A stretch of 64,000 nt of DNA from the IMG/VR virus record IMGVR_UViG_3300020473_001965, positions 1-64,000 of that record. One strand, 5' to 3'. Below the pieces are notes generated by a model. That model was not told the DNA's origin, made no database searches, and worked only from the letters and a program-made list of their open reading frames with translations. Numbering within the stretch: position 1 is the first letter of the stretch; each line of letters begins with the position of its first letter. The position numbers and the translations under genes were made by a program. Below, piece by piece: positions 54,683-63,653 of this stretch.

Positions 54683-54868
54683 CTATTCATCTTCAACCCA
54701 GTACATTGGGTCATTCATTCTTTCTACAGTCTGCTCAATGCTCGCCTTGTTGCGACCAGCTGCGTAGCAAACAGACTCATCAGTCCTGCAAAACTCTTGC
54801 TTTAGAAAGATTCCCCAGCGATCTGGGCCTACTTCTCTTACTTCCCATTGCATATTCTTCTTAGGCAT
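54683..54868 (-). CDS. Hypothetical protein
   Basis: Coupled ORF. Confidence 0.55.
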   Translation of the reverse strand: MPKKNMQWEVREVGPDRWGIFLKQEFCRTDESVCYAAGRNKASIEQTVERMNDPMYWVEDE

Positions 54869-55226
54869 TTGTCAACTCCAGATTTTCAAAACCTTCGTCT
54901 CTTGAAAGATTGTGTGCAATTGCCCTGTGCCCAGGAGCACGAGGATTCATATCGTTGATTAGATGACGATCACCCATACAAATACCCATAATAAGCCGAT
55001 CCCATGGAACAGAGTTTAATCTGAGTTCATTCTCAGTATGCTCTCGCATCGACTCAGGACGTGCTGTTGTCAAGATAATCATGTGACCGGATTCAGACCA
55101 GTGATTCATCTTTGCCAAGACACCTGGCAAGACTTCTACAGGTGATGTCTTAAACGTTTCAAACTTACGGTACTTAAAAATCGTACCGTCGATATCACAA
55201 AATATCGTCTTCGCAAATCTATTCAT
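54861..55226 (-). CDS. HAD-superfamily phosphatase
   Basis: CDIDGT, LTTAR, IND. Confidence 0.8.
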   Translation of the reverse strand: MNRFAKTIFCDIDGTIFKYRKFETFKTSPVEVLPGVLAKMNHWSESGHMIILTTARPESMREHTENELRLNSVPWDRLIMGICMGDRHLINDMNPRAPGHRAIAHNLSRDEGFENLELTNA

Positions 55227-55272
55227 TTGTACTCCTTAAATCTATTGTAACACAGATATTAGAGATTTACAT

Positions 55273-55887
55273 TTAAAAGGCAGATTGATAGTCTTGCCAA
55301 TCTACATTTGTTGTGTTGGGCCCAGAGCCCGCTAGCTCGGGATACATGATATGACCCTTCTTGCGGGAATGCAACCAGCCTATGGCATGGCCAAGCTCGT
55401 GTTCAACAATGTACTTTTTTTTGCTCACGTACGTATTTTGAAAAAAGACTTCTGACTTAACCAGATATGTCGGGTCCGCGGTCAGTGCGTACCTTTTTGT
55501 AGTTGCTAGGTGAGATCTGCTAACAGAAGCAGAAAGCTCTTCTTGAGTAGGCAAGCGAAATGTGATTGCTCCCCACTCTGAAGTACAAAGCGTTGCCGTT
55601 GACTTGAATGTTACTTTGCCAAAAGAATAACCCAATGCTCTCCAAAAGTCTAGGCCTTGTTTCAATCTTTGTTCGGTTATGGGTGCACCGGGACACACAG
55701 TTACATCAGGAGGTTCATCAAACCGGCCAGCAAGAACTATCTTTCGTTTGTACTTGTCGTTGTCAGAGACATCAACAGTTGATACAGTCGGTATCTTGAA
55801 CATGTCATTGTTATGCTCTCTTGGCTTCTCTTCACTGTAGCACCCTAATCCTGCAAATATCAAGAAGACGGCGACATTACGCGCCAT
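55273..55887 (-). CDS. Matrixin-like zinc metalloprotease lipoprotein
   Basis: HELGHAIGWLH plus Met-turn HIMYP; GLGC lipobox. Confidence 0.8.
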   Translation of the reverse strand: MARNVAVFLIFAGLGCYSEEKPREHNNDMFKIPTVSTVDVSDNDKYKRKIVLAGRFDEPPDVTVCPGAPITEQRLKQGLDFWRALGYSFGKVTFKSTATLCTSEWGAITFRLPTQEELSASVSRSHLATTKRYALTADPTYLVKSEVFFQNTYVSKKKYIVEHELGHAIGWLHSRKKGHIMYPELAGSGPNTTNVDWQDYQSAF

Positions 55888-56164
55888 CAGACTCACGCTT
55901 AAAGTAAAGAACCAAAGTGTTGCCAGCTGCATCTTGAATTTCAAAACTGTCTTCTGGATTCTTATGTTTCTCACACAAAATATACGGTCCGTCTTCAAGA
56001 TCTTTCTGTTTACTTTTCTTGACCTGTCCTGTCTTCCAGTCTCTCACAATAAACTTTATGATCTTAGTATATTTTCCATCCGACTCTTTTCTGAAAGACG
56101 TTACTCTCTCTTCATGATTGTCCGGGCCTGCCATGTCGATACTTTTTCTAGATTTTAAACTCAC
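55877..56164 (-). CDS. Hypothetical protein
   Basis: ORF track. Confidence 0.5.
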   Translation of the reverse strand: MSLKSRKSIDMAGPDNHEERVTSFRKESDGKYTKIIKFIVRDWKTGQVKKSKQKDLEDGPYILCEKHKNPEDSFEIQDAAGNTLVLYFKRESDGA

Positions 56165-56315
56165 GTAATAATTTTCTCAGTTTTAATTAGTTTGTTAAAG
56201 AAAAAGAGCAACAAATAACCACACACCTGCGAGAAGTGCGAATGCTTTGTAGCCGCTTTTTTTATTATCTAAGGGTTGCAAACCACGAAGGAGTGCATCC
56301 CAAAATGTGGGTGGT

Positions 56316-56672
56316 TCATACATCAGAGCCAGCCCTCTCAACAGGTATGGGTCGATGAAGCTCATCAACTGCAACAAAGACTACTCTCTCAAAGTTTGCT
56401 ATTAGAGTACCCGATGTGTCCCGAACTGTCGCAGTAAAAGTCATGCTTGTTCTTCTTGTCTCTACGTGTCGAACTACGACTTCAACGATATCACCTAACC
56501 GAACCGTTGACTGAAAGTCTATTTCTTTTATGTGTCTTGTTGCTACCACAGATTTGCTAAGCAGCCTTGCTTCGATCCCACATACTTCATCTACCCACTT
56601 CATTAATATGCCGCCGTGAAGTGTCCCATGGGCATTTAAGTGTGGCTGCGTTACTAAGAATCTATAGATCAT
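56316..56672 (-). CDS. Hotdog-fold acyl-CoA thioesterase
   Basis: NAHGTLHGG..WVDE, FVAVD..P. Confidence 0.85.
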   Translation of the reverse strand: MIYRFLVTQPHLNAHGTLHGGILMKWVDEVCGIEARLLSKSVVATRHIKEIDFQSTVRLGDIVEVVVRHVETRRTSMTFTATVRDTSGTLIANFERVVFVAVDELHRPIPVERAGSDV

Positions 56673-56872
56673 GGCTTCTCTATGTATCTTCTATCTACGT
56701 TCCTATCCCAAAATAACTCAAACCCATAGTTTAGAAATGTAAGCAGTACATGCAAACTGATTGAAACGACTGTTGCTTCTTTCACGTCTCCAATTACAGC
56801 CCACATGAATGCTGTCGTTGTCACAACAGAGACAAGTCTCCAGGACAACACCTTGATAATTCTACTTTTCAT
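56669..56872 (-). CDS. DUF2061 membrane protein
   Basis: SRIIKVLSWR..ELFW. Confidence 0.75.
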   Translation of the reverse strand: MKSRIIKVLSWRLVSVVTTTAFMWAVIGDVKEATVVSISLHVLLTFLNYGFELFWDRNVDRRYIEKP

Positions 56873-57095
56873 CTGGCTTTGGCATCTCACAAGAGATAAC
56901 TGGGATTTCTTGTGCTTTGTCTTTTACAACATAGATTTTTTGGCCCACTTTAATTTCGCAGGGAATAGCGGAATTCTGCAAGATCCCTACCGAAGGACCA
57001 CCATTGGTTGCTGGATTTAGATTGAACTCCACAGTTGATAAAACAGCGTCATGAGATATCACTGTGCCTATCAATACAAAAGAACTAAGCGTCAC
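56862..57095 (-). CDS. Hypothetical protein
   Basis: GTGA coupling to thyX. Confidence 0.55.
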   Translation of the reverse strand: MTLSSFVLIGTVISHDAVLSTVEFNLNPATNGGPSVGILQNSAIPCEIKVGQKIYVVKDKAQEIPVISCEMPKPDEK

Positions 57096-57814
57096 TTGTC
57101 ACCTTCCCTTCCTTTAATGCGGCGATATGCGCCTATTGTTTCTGGAAACAGATCTGTCGCTATTTCTAGACAGGCTTCTGCAACTTTCTGTATTTCCCAC
57201 TGTGCACCGTCATGAGTCCGAAGATCTACGAACTTCAAGAGATTGTTGAGATCAACTGTCCCATAGTACTCCGTGTACATATTTTGTGGGAGTATTCCTC
57301 TTGCTTGCTCTCGACAGACGCCGGCAGCAATTAAGTCATTGAACATTCTGAGTGAATGTTCATGATGCCTCTTAATTAATGACGCTGCCTGGAGTTTTCC
57401 GCCGTCTTCGTAATTGTAGATAACAGGATTTTCTAATTCGTCTGCATTACTGGCTTGACGATTAGACTTATGCTGTGTCCTAAATGATTCAGGTTCATAA
57501 AAGCCAATACCTACATCGGTATAGCGCCGAGAAATCTCGTTATAAGACCACGTTCTATGACGATGGTGCTGAGAACGTACGAACAAAGGAACGTTAAACC
57601 GATAAGTGATAATACAGTGCTCCAAAGTCGAAGTGTGCTTGTGCCGTATGAGATAGTTAATGAGCTTCTTGTCTCTTTCATCTAGACTCTCCTTTTCTAC
57701 TCCGAAGGAAACACGAGCGCTATTGACAACAGTCAAGTCAGTACCCATGTGATCTACGTAATCTACACTACCAATGTCATCACTGTAAATCTTAATCGAC
57801 TTCTTGTAGTTCAT
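57092..57814 (-). CDS. thyX: Flavin-dependent thymidylate synthase
   Basis: ARVSF, HTSTLEH, RHRTWSYNEISRRY, AQWEI. Confidence 0.95.
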   Translation of the reverse strand: MNYKKSIKIYSDDIGSVDYVDHMGTDLTVVNSARVSFGVEKESLDERDKKLINYLIRHKHTSTLEHCIITYRFNVPLFVRSQHHRHRTWSYNEISRRYTDVGIGFYEPESFRTQHKSNRQASNADELENPVIYNYEDGGKLQAASLIKRHHEHSLRMFNDLIAAGVCREQARGILPQNMYTEYYGTVDLNNLLKFVDLRTHDGAQWEIQKVAEACLEIATDLFPETIGAYRRIKGREGDK

Positions 57815-58001
57815 TCTTTTCCTCTTTTTGTTTGTTCCATGCTTTATCAGCCTTGCGACCTACTAGACCGTAACCGATGGCTAATGGTACTGATCCTGCT
57901 AAAAAGGTTACATGATGATACCAGCGCCAGGATGCTGGATCATCTGGGTAGTTGAACAAATCAAACCACCTATAAGACCACTTTACCAGAAACTCTCCCA
58001 T
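57792..58001 (-). CDS. Small membrane protein
   Basis: One TM. Confidence 0.5.
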   Translation of the reverse strand: MGEFLVKWSYRWFDLFNYPDDPASWRWYHHVTFLAGSVPLAIGYGLVGRKADKAWNKQKEEKNELQEVD

Positions 58002-58009
58002 AATAGATT

Positions 58010-58219
58010 CTAATCTGGGTTATTGAATTGTTCAATATCTTTCTTTCCCGCCTTCTGAACATTTTCTGCACGAATCCGTAGTACCTCGCCTTCGTGTAAA
58101 ATAGTGGCGATCTTCTCCCAGGTGTGATATTCAACAAGCAACCCTATGTTCCAAGCTTCATATCTTGAGAAGAAAGATTTGGGCTTGACTTTAAATCTTA
58201 CTAAATCACCAGCCTTCAT
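58010..58219 (-). CDS. MKVGDLV-family cassette
   Basis: MKAGDLV..GLLV. Confidence 0.75.
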   Translation of the reverse strand: MKAGDLVRFKVKPKSFFSRYEAWNIGLLVEYHTWEKIATILHEGEVLRIRAENVQKAGKKDIEQFNNPD

Positions 58220-58220
58220 T

Positions 58221-58424
58221 CTACTTGCTCCATGACACTCCGATTCGGCCGTCTTTGTCAAGTACTTCAAGAAGCGGGCCAGATTTTTGCCAACGTTCCC
58301 AAGCATCGTCAACGTCATATTCTAGCATATGATCATCAGCCCTATCACAGTACTCTTTAAACGTTAAGACTCTAATTACAAGCAACTCTCCATCGTCAAT
58401 CAAGTCCCCGGGTTTTAGATCCAC
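58221..58424 (-). CDS. MKVGDLV-related protein
   Basis: LKPGDLI. Confidence 0.6.
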   Translation of the reverse strand: MDLKPGDLIDDGELLVIRVLTFKEYCDRADDHMLEYDVDDAWERWQKSGPLLEVLDKDGRIGVSWSK

Positions 58425-58666
58425 CTAACACCTCACAGCGATGCCTAACAACGCAATTATGACTAAGCATGCTCCAAAAGCTTTTCCAATCAAAACCCAG
58501 TCTTCTTTATCGAGATATTTACCCATCACCCCTTTCTCTTCTTTCACGAATTTCTTTTTGTAAATCTATCAAATCATACGGTCCAGTGCGTTTTTTCCTC
58601 ACTAGGTAAAAGAACATCACAAACGCAAACGAAACTGTAAATGCAGCTGCTACAGCAAGAAGCGAC

Positions 58667-58852
58667 TCAAGCACTGATCACCTCCAACCTTCGTGACTTA
58701 TCGGTCTGTATAGACCCGTCTTGCCACATCACCTTAACATCTTTCCGACCAGCATACACACCCACCTCAATAATCATTCCAACCCAGTCATATCCGGTTG
58801 GTGCCCATTTCTGGGTTTTGAAATCGAACTTTACCAAATCACCGACTTTCAT
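58667..58852 (-). CDS. MKVGDLV-family cassette
   Basis: MKVGDLV..VMWQDG..LEVISA. Confidence 0.75.
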   Translation of the reverse strand: MKVGDLVKFDFKTQKWAPTGYDWVGMIIEVGVYAGRKDVKVMWQDGSIQTDKSRRLEVISA

Positions 58853-59048
58853 TGACTACCTCGAGAGATTCTGGGTATTCTTCTTCAGCTGGATATCTAT
58901 CGTTCCAGCACACTACAGCATATCTTTCTTGTGGGTCTCCAAAATTGTCAACATCAGTATGAAAATCAATTATGACACCCACCCATTGCTTTTCATGTGT
59001 GCTTACCCACGCGTCTTCTTTTGGTCTAACTAAATCCCCAACTCTCAT
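58839..59048 (-). CDS. MKVGDLV-family cassette
   Basis: MRVGDLV...LEVVNESR. Confidence 0.75.
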   Translation of the reverse strand: MRVGDLVRPKEDAWVSTHEKQWVGVIIDFHTDVDNFGDPQERYAVVCWNDRYPAEEEYPESLEVVNESR

Positions 59049-59179
59049 GATCGGACCTTCATCACATCATCATGATCAAATAGCTCGCCAGTATGAATTT
59101 TTACTCTGTCAAGGTCGAACCAAACAACAATGCCTAAAGAATTATCTCGTACAACCTTGATCAAATCACCTACTTTCAT
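59045..59179 (-). CDS. MKVGDLV-family cassette, 44 aa (not in ORF track)
   Basis: MKVGDLIKVVRDNSLGIVV... Confidence 0.7.
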   Translation of the reverse strand: MKVGDLIKVVRDNSLGIVVWFDLDRVKIHTGELFDHDDVMKVRS

Positions 59180-59489
59180 CACATCCTCCGCATCCGTGGT
59201 CGATTTCTTTGTCGATTCCTTTAAGCTTAACCCACCCGCTCCAGATTATTGGGACTGCAAGCCAGTGTATACATAGCAACCAAGAGGCTGGTGCACCGGC
59301 GTAAAAGGCGGGATGAACATTATTTCCGAGAAATATAAAAAGCAAAGGGAAAAGCACATCTTCAATAATCTCCCATCCGATAATAATTATCACCAACGCG
59401 AGTCCGTGTTGCTTCATCGTACGTTTGATTGTGCCCCACCGAAAATGATCCAGCTTGTGGCCTAATCTATCTTTGATCCATTTTAACAT
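59166..59489 (-). CDS. Membrane protein embedded in the cassette array
   Basis: WEIIEDVLFP..LCIHW; ends DESR in the junction. Confidence 0.7.
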   Translation of the reverse strand: MLKWIKDRLGHKLDHFRWGTIKRTMKQHGLALVIIIIGWEIIEDVLFPLLFIFLGNNVHPAFYAGAPASWLLCIHWLAVPIIWSGWVKLKGIDKEIDHGCGGCDESR

Positions 59490-59667
59490 CTTCGCTTACC
59501 TTTCTCACATATCCAGCCGGCCACCACTTTACCACACCGCAACAAAGCACATTGATAAAGTGCATGGTCCCTGTACTTTCTTCGGGTTTTGCCTTTTCAA
59601 TCAGCACGCCGAGAATAAGATCTTCTTGGCCTTTCACGCCAACTTCCACTAAATCACCGACTTTCAC
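59467..59667 (-). CDS. MKVGDLV-family cassette
   Basis: MKVGDLV..GVLI. Confidence 0.75.
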   Translation of the reverse strand: MKVGDLVEVGVKGQEDLILGVLIEKAKPEESTGTMHFINVLCCGVVKWWPAGYVRKVSEDVKMDQR

Positions 59668-59812
59668 TGATCAGCTCCAACCACCCTTCGGCAATATACC
59701 TTACCTCACACGTCGTTTGGTCAAGAACACCTACCAACGCTGTATTGTCCACTTTTGCTACCAAATAACATTTGCCAAACCGCTTGTGCTTTACCAAGTC
59801 ACCGACTTTCAT
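59654..59812 (-). CDS. MKVGDLV-family cassette, 52 aa (not in ORF track)
   Basis: MKVGDLVKHK...LELISESR. Confidence 0.75.
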   Translation of the reverse strand: MKVGDLVKHKRFGKCYLVAKVDNTALVGVLDQTTCEVRYIAEGWLELISESR

Positions 59813-59979
59813 TTAATCACCATAAGGTAGCGAGTTGCGACTTCTTCGAGTATCTTAGTTTGACCGTGTGCAGTCCACAATATGCGGGCGGCCTTCCAAT
59901 CAAATGGGCGAATGCTGAGTATTACACCAGACCCTTGTAGCGTACCGAATTTATGTTTTACTAAATCACCGACTTTCAC
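59809..59979 (-). CDS. MKVGDLV-family cassette, 56 aa (not in ORF track)
   Basis: GTG KVGDLVKHK..GVIL..ILW. Confidence 0.75.
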   Translation of the reverse strand: MKVGDLVKHKFGTLQGSGVILSIRPFDWKAARILWTAHGQTKILEEVATRYLMVIK

Positions 59980-60069
59980 TGATCACTAGCGTTCCAGCAA
60001 TTGCACGACGAACAGCATCGGCCGCCGGCAAAAATGTCTGCCATAAATCTAAAAAACTTCTTAATCATA

Positions 60070-60480
60070 TTACCTGTCTTCATCATCTTCTCCTCTAGCA
60101 TAAATATCTCGTCCTTCTTCATATGCCTTTAGAACTGAGACAAGATTGAGAATATCTGAGCATGCGTCAATCCCGATGGTCTGCATCTCCATCAGGGCTT
60201 TTAGCTCCATCGACTCAAGATCTACAGCGACCTCACCGCTGCCGTAATCGACGACCATTTTCTTGATAATCGGCCCCACATGAATTCTATGCTCTGTTGT
60301 GGGCTTATGATTTGTGAATCCTTTTTCATACGCAAACAATTCTACAGCTTCCTTAGCCTCTCTTAGACCGCACTTCGTCTCACTTCGAACTGCTTTGATT
60401 GCAGCGATTTTTTTTGGGCTTGAATCATCGAGCCACTCGATTAGTGAATTATATGTCGACCTTCTAATTCTTAGAATCAT
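60070..60480 (-). CDS. Protein with ribosomal protein bL12 (L7/L12) C-terminal-like domain
   Basis: KIAAIKAVRSETKCGLREAKEAVE. Confidence 0.75.
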   Translation of the reverse strand: MILRIRRSTYNSLIEWLDDSSPKKIAAIKAVRSETKCGLREAKEAVELFAYEKGFTNHKPTTEHRIHVGPIIKKMVVDYGSGEVAVDLESMELKALMEMQTIGIDACSDILNLVSVLKAYEEGRDIYARGEDDEDR

Positions 60481-60808
60481 TTGTCACCTCCAATAGTGCC
60501 TCAGCAAGTATCGCTGACTGTGTCACGTTCATATCAAAAGGCGGAGTTTCTCCAGATTCGACGCCGCCATGTTTGACAATCAAAGCTTTCAATATTCCAA
60601 CTGGAACCCAACCGTATACTGTGCCGGTGGGGTCGTCAGGTGCCTCTGCGTATCCGATAATCATGGGCTCAACAGCTGATGGGAAACCCACCTCCACCTC
60701 AGTGTACGGGCCCTGATTGTCTCTGGGGTTAGAATAACTGGTATCACTAGCTTGAACACTCATGTTAAACCCAGATTTACAAAACAAACGCTTATACATC
60801 TTTCTCAT
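60464..60808 (-). CDS. Phage hypothetical protein
   Basis: MSVQAS..VEVGFP..VYGWVP..HGG. Confidence 0.7.
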   Translation of the reverse strand: MRKMYKRLFCKSGFNMSVQASDTSYSNPRDNQGPYTEVEVGFPSAVEPMIIGYAEAPDDPTGTVYGWVPVGILKALIVKHGGVESGETPPFDMNVTQSAILAEALLEVTNDSKN

Positions 60809-60986
60809 TTAGCTTCTTGGCTCTCCATTCCTTAAATTTTTCAGTTGACATTCCACCGATGACGTCTTCTAATTGTGCATCGTGCAACTCTGTTTCGTCA
60901 GGGAAGATTGATGCAGATTCGACCGTGTGTGTTCTAAGTTTCTTCTTTAACCAATCCCTTAAGTTGACAATATTATTGACTTTCAC
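60792..60986 (-). CDS. Small protein with double-glycine leader-like motif
   Basis: ELHDAQLEDVIGG. Confidence 0.55.
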   Translation of the reverse strand: MKVNNIVNLRDWLKKKLRTHTVESASIFPDETELHDAQLEDVIGGMSTEKFKEWRAKKLNEKDV

Positions 60987-61170
60987 TTACAACATCCCAA
61001 TACTCTTTCAGGTCACTCTTGATCCTGCCGTCTGGCAGCATTACTTTAATCGCATTTCCCGAAACTTCATATACTAGAAAGGGCTCTTCTGTGTATGGAA
61101 CTCCATGCTTGCTAGTCTTTTTCATCCAGAACGCAATGTACTTCATTTGCACTAAGTCACCAGCTTTCAC
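60973..61170 (-). CDS. MKVGDLV-family cassette
   Basis: MKAGDLV...DVVSESQ. Confidence 0.75.
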   Translation of the reverse strand: MKAGDLVQMKYIAFWMKKTSKHGVPYTEEPFLVYEVSGNAIKVMLPDGRIKSDLKEYWDVVSESQ

Positions 61171-61370
61171 TTAGATTCTCCAGTGTGGGCCGTGCCTCTC
61201 GTTTGAAATTCAATTAAGATGGGTTCACCCTTTTGGTCTACCATCTTTTGGAAATTAAAGTCGGCGGCGCCCAAGAAGACTGATGATCCATCGTGGAAAG
61301 TCACGCATACATGATGCACGTCTGGCTTTGCCTTCTTTATTCCATCAAACATTTTAACGTGAACAGTCAA
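61167..61370 (-). CDS. Hypothetical protein
   Basis: Coupled ORF. Confidence 0.5.
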   Translation of the reverse strand: MTVHVKMFDGIKKAKPDVHHVCVTFHDGSSVFLGAADFNFQKMVDQKGEPILIEFQTRGTAHTGESK

Positions 61371-61383
61371 CTTAAATTCCTTT

Positions 61384-61608
61384 CTACAGTTGTTCCTCTA
61401 GTCTCTCAAGAATCCACAAGTCGGGATCACCTGTTCTGGCTTTTGCGATACCATAAGGCATTTCCCCTGAGTTGCAAAAGTATTCGTACAGCTTATCGTA
61501 AGCTGTCGTTCCATAGAAGTCTAAATCTCCTGCAATAAAGTCTGGCATCAGAGTGCTTTCATCGATAGTCAACCCAGCTCCAGCATAAATCTCATTTAAC
61601 ATCTTCAC
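61384..61608 (-). CDS. Phage hypothetical protein
   Basis: GEMPYGIAKARTGDPDLWI. Confidence 0.7.
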   Translation of the reverse strand: MKMLNEIYAGAGLTIDESTLMPDFIAGDLDFYGTTAYDKLYEYFCNSGEMPYGIAKARTGDPDLWILERLEEQL

Positions 61609-61613
61609 TCCTC

Positions 61614-61805
61614 CTAGTATACCACTTTAAGTTTAAGGTAGCCAAAAGACTGATCTGACATCTCAGCACTCATAGCTTCCAAATCTTCGACATGAGAATC
61701 ATATTCAGCTGAGTTCTCATCCGTTGTCTTCATGATCTTAATGACTTCATTAAAGTAAGCGCGAGCTGACTCGCGGAGTTGTTCAAGATTGGCTTCTTCA
61801 TTCAT
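61614..61805 (-). CDS. Hypothetical protein
   Basis: AGGAGG RBS after promoter 61820-61860. Confidence 0.6.
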   Translation of the reverse strand: MNEEANLEQLRESARAYFNEVIKIMKTTDENSAEYDSHVEDLEAMSAEMSDQSFGYLKLKVVY

Positions 61806-61819
61806 AGCTTTTACCTCCT

Positions 61820-61860
61820 GGCTATGATTATATTATACTATAAGCCGCTTGATCTTACAC
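61820..61860 (-). promoter_or_regulatory. Promoter of the GTGTAA family
   Basis: GTGTAA-N17-TATAAT. Confidence 0.65.
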
Positions 61861-62300
61861 TAAACTGGATACTCAAAATTAGCTGTTACTATGTTTGTTG
61901 CTATCTCAGTTGCGCCATTGCGAAGATGAAATCTTCTAGCCATATCTGTCAGAGGAGACAGTGTTACGACCCTTTGGATTCCCCAGTCAGACTCCTTTAC
62001 ATACTTTAGAAGTGCATTGATTATGGCTTTCCCTGCGCCGCGGCGCAAACTCCACACTGTATATGGGATACAAATGCGGCCGTCGCTGAGTGTATATGAA
62101 CTCAGCGTCATAATATCAACTGGTATGGCATGTGTTCTTGCAACACAGCAGAAAGCGACGTAGTCTCCGGAAAGATCTCTTAGACCAAAGACTTCTCGAC
62201 CCGGGTACGTTTTAAAAGCTACTCCTAGCTCTGGTCTTACTGGATCACTATCACGCCATAGCTTGGGTGTATTGCTTACATTCTCAAGCACGTATTCCAT
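61860..62300 (-). CDS. GNAT-like phage protein
   Basis: DPVRP, YTVWS..RGAGK, VTLSP..FHLRNGA. Confidence 0.65.
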   Translation of the reverse strand: MEYVLENVSNTPKLWRDSDPVRPELGVAFKTYPGREVFGLRDLSGDYVAFCCVARTHAIPVDIMTLSSYTLSDGRICIPYTVWSLRRGAGKAIINALLKYVKESDWGIQRVVTLSPLTDMARRFHLRNGATEIATNIVTANFEYPV

Positions 62301-62301
62301 A

Positions 62302-62502
62302 TCAAAACTCGCTTAACTTCAGTGGTTCAAGTCTATCTAGCTGTGTCCACGAAACTCCTGAATGCCATAACACCTTGGCCACTCGGACCATCACTGATGA
62401 GTCGTCAGGGTGATGCATTTTAAAATCGAGCAGAACTCCGGCATTCCGGCCTCGTATGTCGACGTCATTTCTTTTTATTCGTACCAAGTCACCTATTTTC
62501 AT
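62302..62502 (-). CDS. MKVGDLV-family cassette
   Basis: MKIGDLV..VLWHSG. Confidence 0.75.
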   Translation of the reverse strand: MKIGDLVRIKRNDVDIRGRNAGVLLDFKMHHPDDSSVMVRVAKVLWHSGVSWTQLDRLEPLKLSEF

Positions 62503-62701
62503 CTACAACTACTCTCCCAGGATTATCAATAGCATCTCTCATAGTCAGGCCGAAGTGCTCAGCAACAGCTAAAACTATTCTTTTCATTTGAGACGACTTT
62601 CCAGTGATAACAATAAAAGGCACGTCGAAGTCATTACAGCACCTTGATATAATATCGGAAACATCTTTGTGTCTCACCCCATGAAGATCAACTGTTTTCA
62701 T
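62489..62701 (-). CDS. Stand-alone Smr-domain-like protein
   Basis: VDLHG..VITG..NPG. Confidence 0.75.
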   Translation of the reverse strand: MKTVDLHGVRHKDVSDIISRCCNDFDVPFIVITGKSSQMKRIVLAVAEHFGLTMRDAIDNPGRVVVDENR

Positions 62702-62873
62702 CGATCACCACCCGGAGTCTAATTGACTGATCATGTGTGTAATGCCATTCGCCAGGGATTCCCTCCCAATCGACTACAACATAGTCCTTTGTTATCTTTA
62801 TAACTCTTCCCGATGCCACGTTGTGCTTCCACATAGGAGACATCTCAACTCTATCACCTACCTTGAAATTCAT
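62688..62873 (-). CDS. MKVGDLV-family cassette
   Basis: MNFKVGDRV..GRV..VDWE. Confidence 0.7.
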   Translation of the reverse strand: MNFKVGDRVEMSPMWKHNVASGRVIKITKDYVVVDWEGIPGEWHYTHDQSIRLRVVIDENS

Positions 62874-63441
62874 CACTCTGCTCTGTTGTTCTGGACCACC
62901 ATGGCGGAAGATCTCCCGATCTCCACTTAGCAAATCTTACCTTGTCCTTTAAATAATATTCTCTATAGCAGTCAACAGGATCATCACTTACCTTGTAATC
63001 TTCTAACATACAAATTGAGAACGGTGATAATCCTTTCGACTGTAATCGAGGCGGATGATTATTGTGTAGCCAACGATGCACCCTAGAAGACTTGTGGGTT
63101 TTGCCATATCGCTTTTCATACTCTTCACAAAGTGCTAATCCCAGCTTAGAGTGCCAGACATAATTGTCTAAGCTCTCTCTAGTCCAAACACTGCATGGGT
63201 GATTGATGTGTGTCATCTTCCACTCGGGCTGAAAAACGGTGGGAACTTCTTGATAAAGAAAAGCTTTTGCTTCTTTCTGCGTTCTAAAATCTTTTATATC
63301 CTTCTTAAGGTAGTCAAGCCAGCCCAACCAGTGCGCTGTACACAGCATCTGGCCTGACTCCAGAATCATCTTCAAGACGTGCTTGTCACAGTGGTAACTA
63401 GCTGCAATTTCTGGGTCGTTGTCAAGAATAAAGATGTTCAT
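62854..63441 (-). CDS. Pyrimidine-dimer glycosylase (DenV-like) family protein
   Basis: MNIFILD..HCDKHVLKMILESGQML, HINHPC, YREYY..PPWW. Confidence 0.8.
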   Translation of the reverse strand: MNIFILDNDPEIAASYHCDKHVLKMILESGQMLCTAHWLGWLDYLKKDIKDFRTQKEAKAFLYQEVPTVFQPEWKMTHINHPCSVWTRESLDNYVWHSKLGLALCEEYEKRYGKTHKSSRVHRWLHNNHPPRLQSKGLSPFSICMLEDYKVSDDPVDCYREYYLKDKVRFAKWRSGDLPPWWSRTTEQSDEFQGR

Positions 63442-63644
63442 ATTGTTTCTTTTCTCTCTGTCACTATTCTTAGTGTGCTGCAATCAACCCACTGAATTTT
63501 GCCATCCCAAAGCAGTATTTCAGCAGATCGGGTAGTGGCGCCAGTTCGAGACAACCTCAAAACGACGCCAAGATCAACATCAAACTTTTCTCGCACATCA
63601 TCTTTAGCTGAGTACCATTTGACGAGATCACCCTTTCTGATCAT
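63438..63644 (-). CDS. MKVGDLV-family cassette
   Basis: MIRKGDLVKW..GVVL..LWDG. Confidence 0.7.
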   Translation of the reverse strand: MIRKGDLVKWYSAKDDVREKFDVDLGVVLRLSRTGATTRSAEILLWDGKIQWVDCSTLRIVTERKETI

Positions 63645-63653
63645 TGGAGTACC

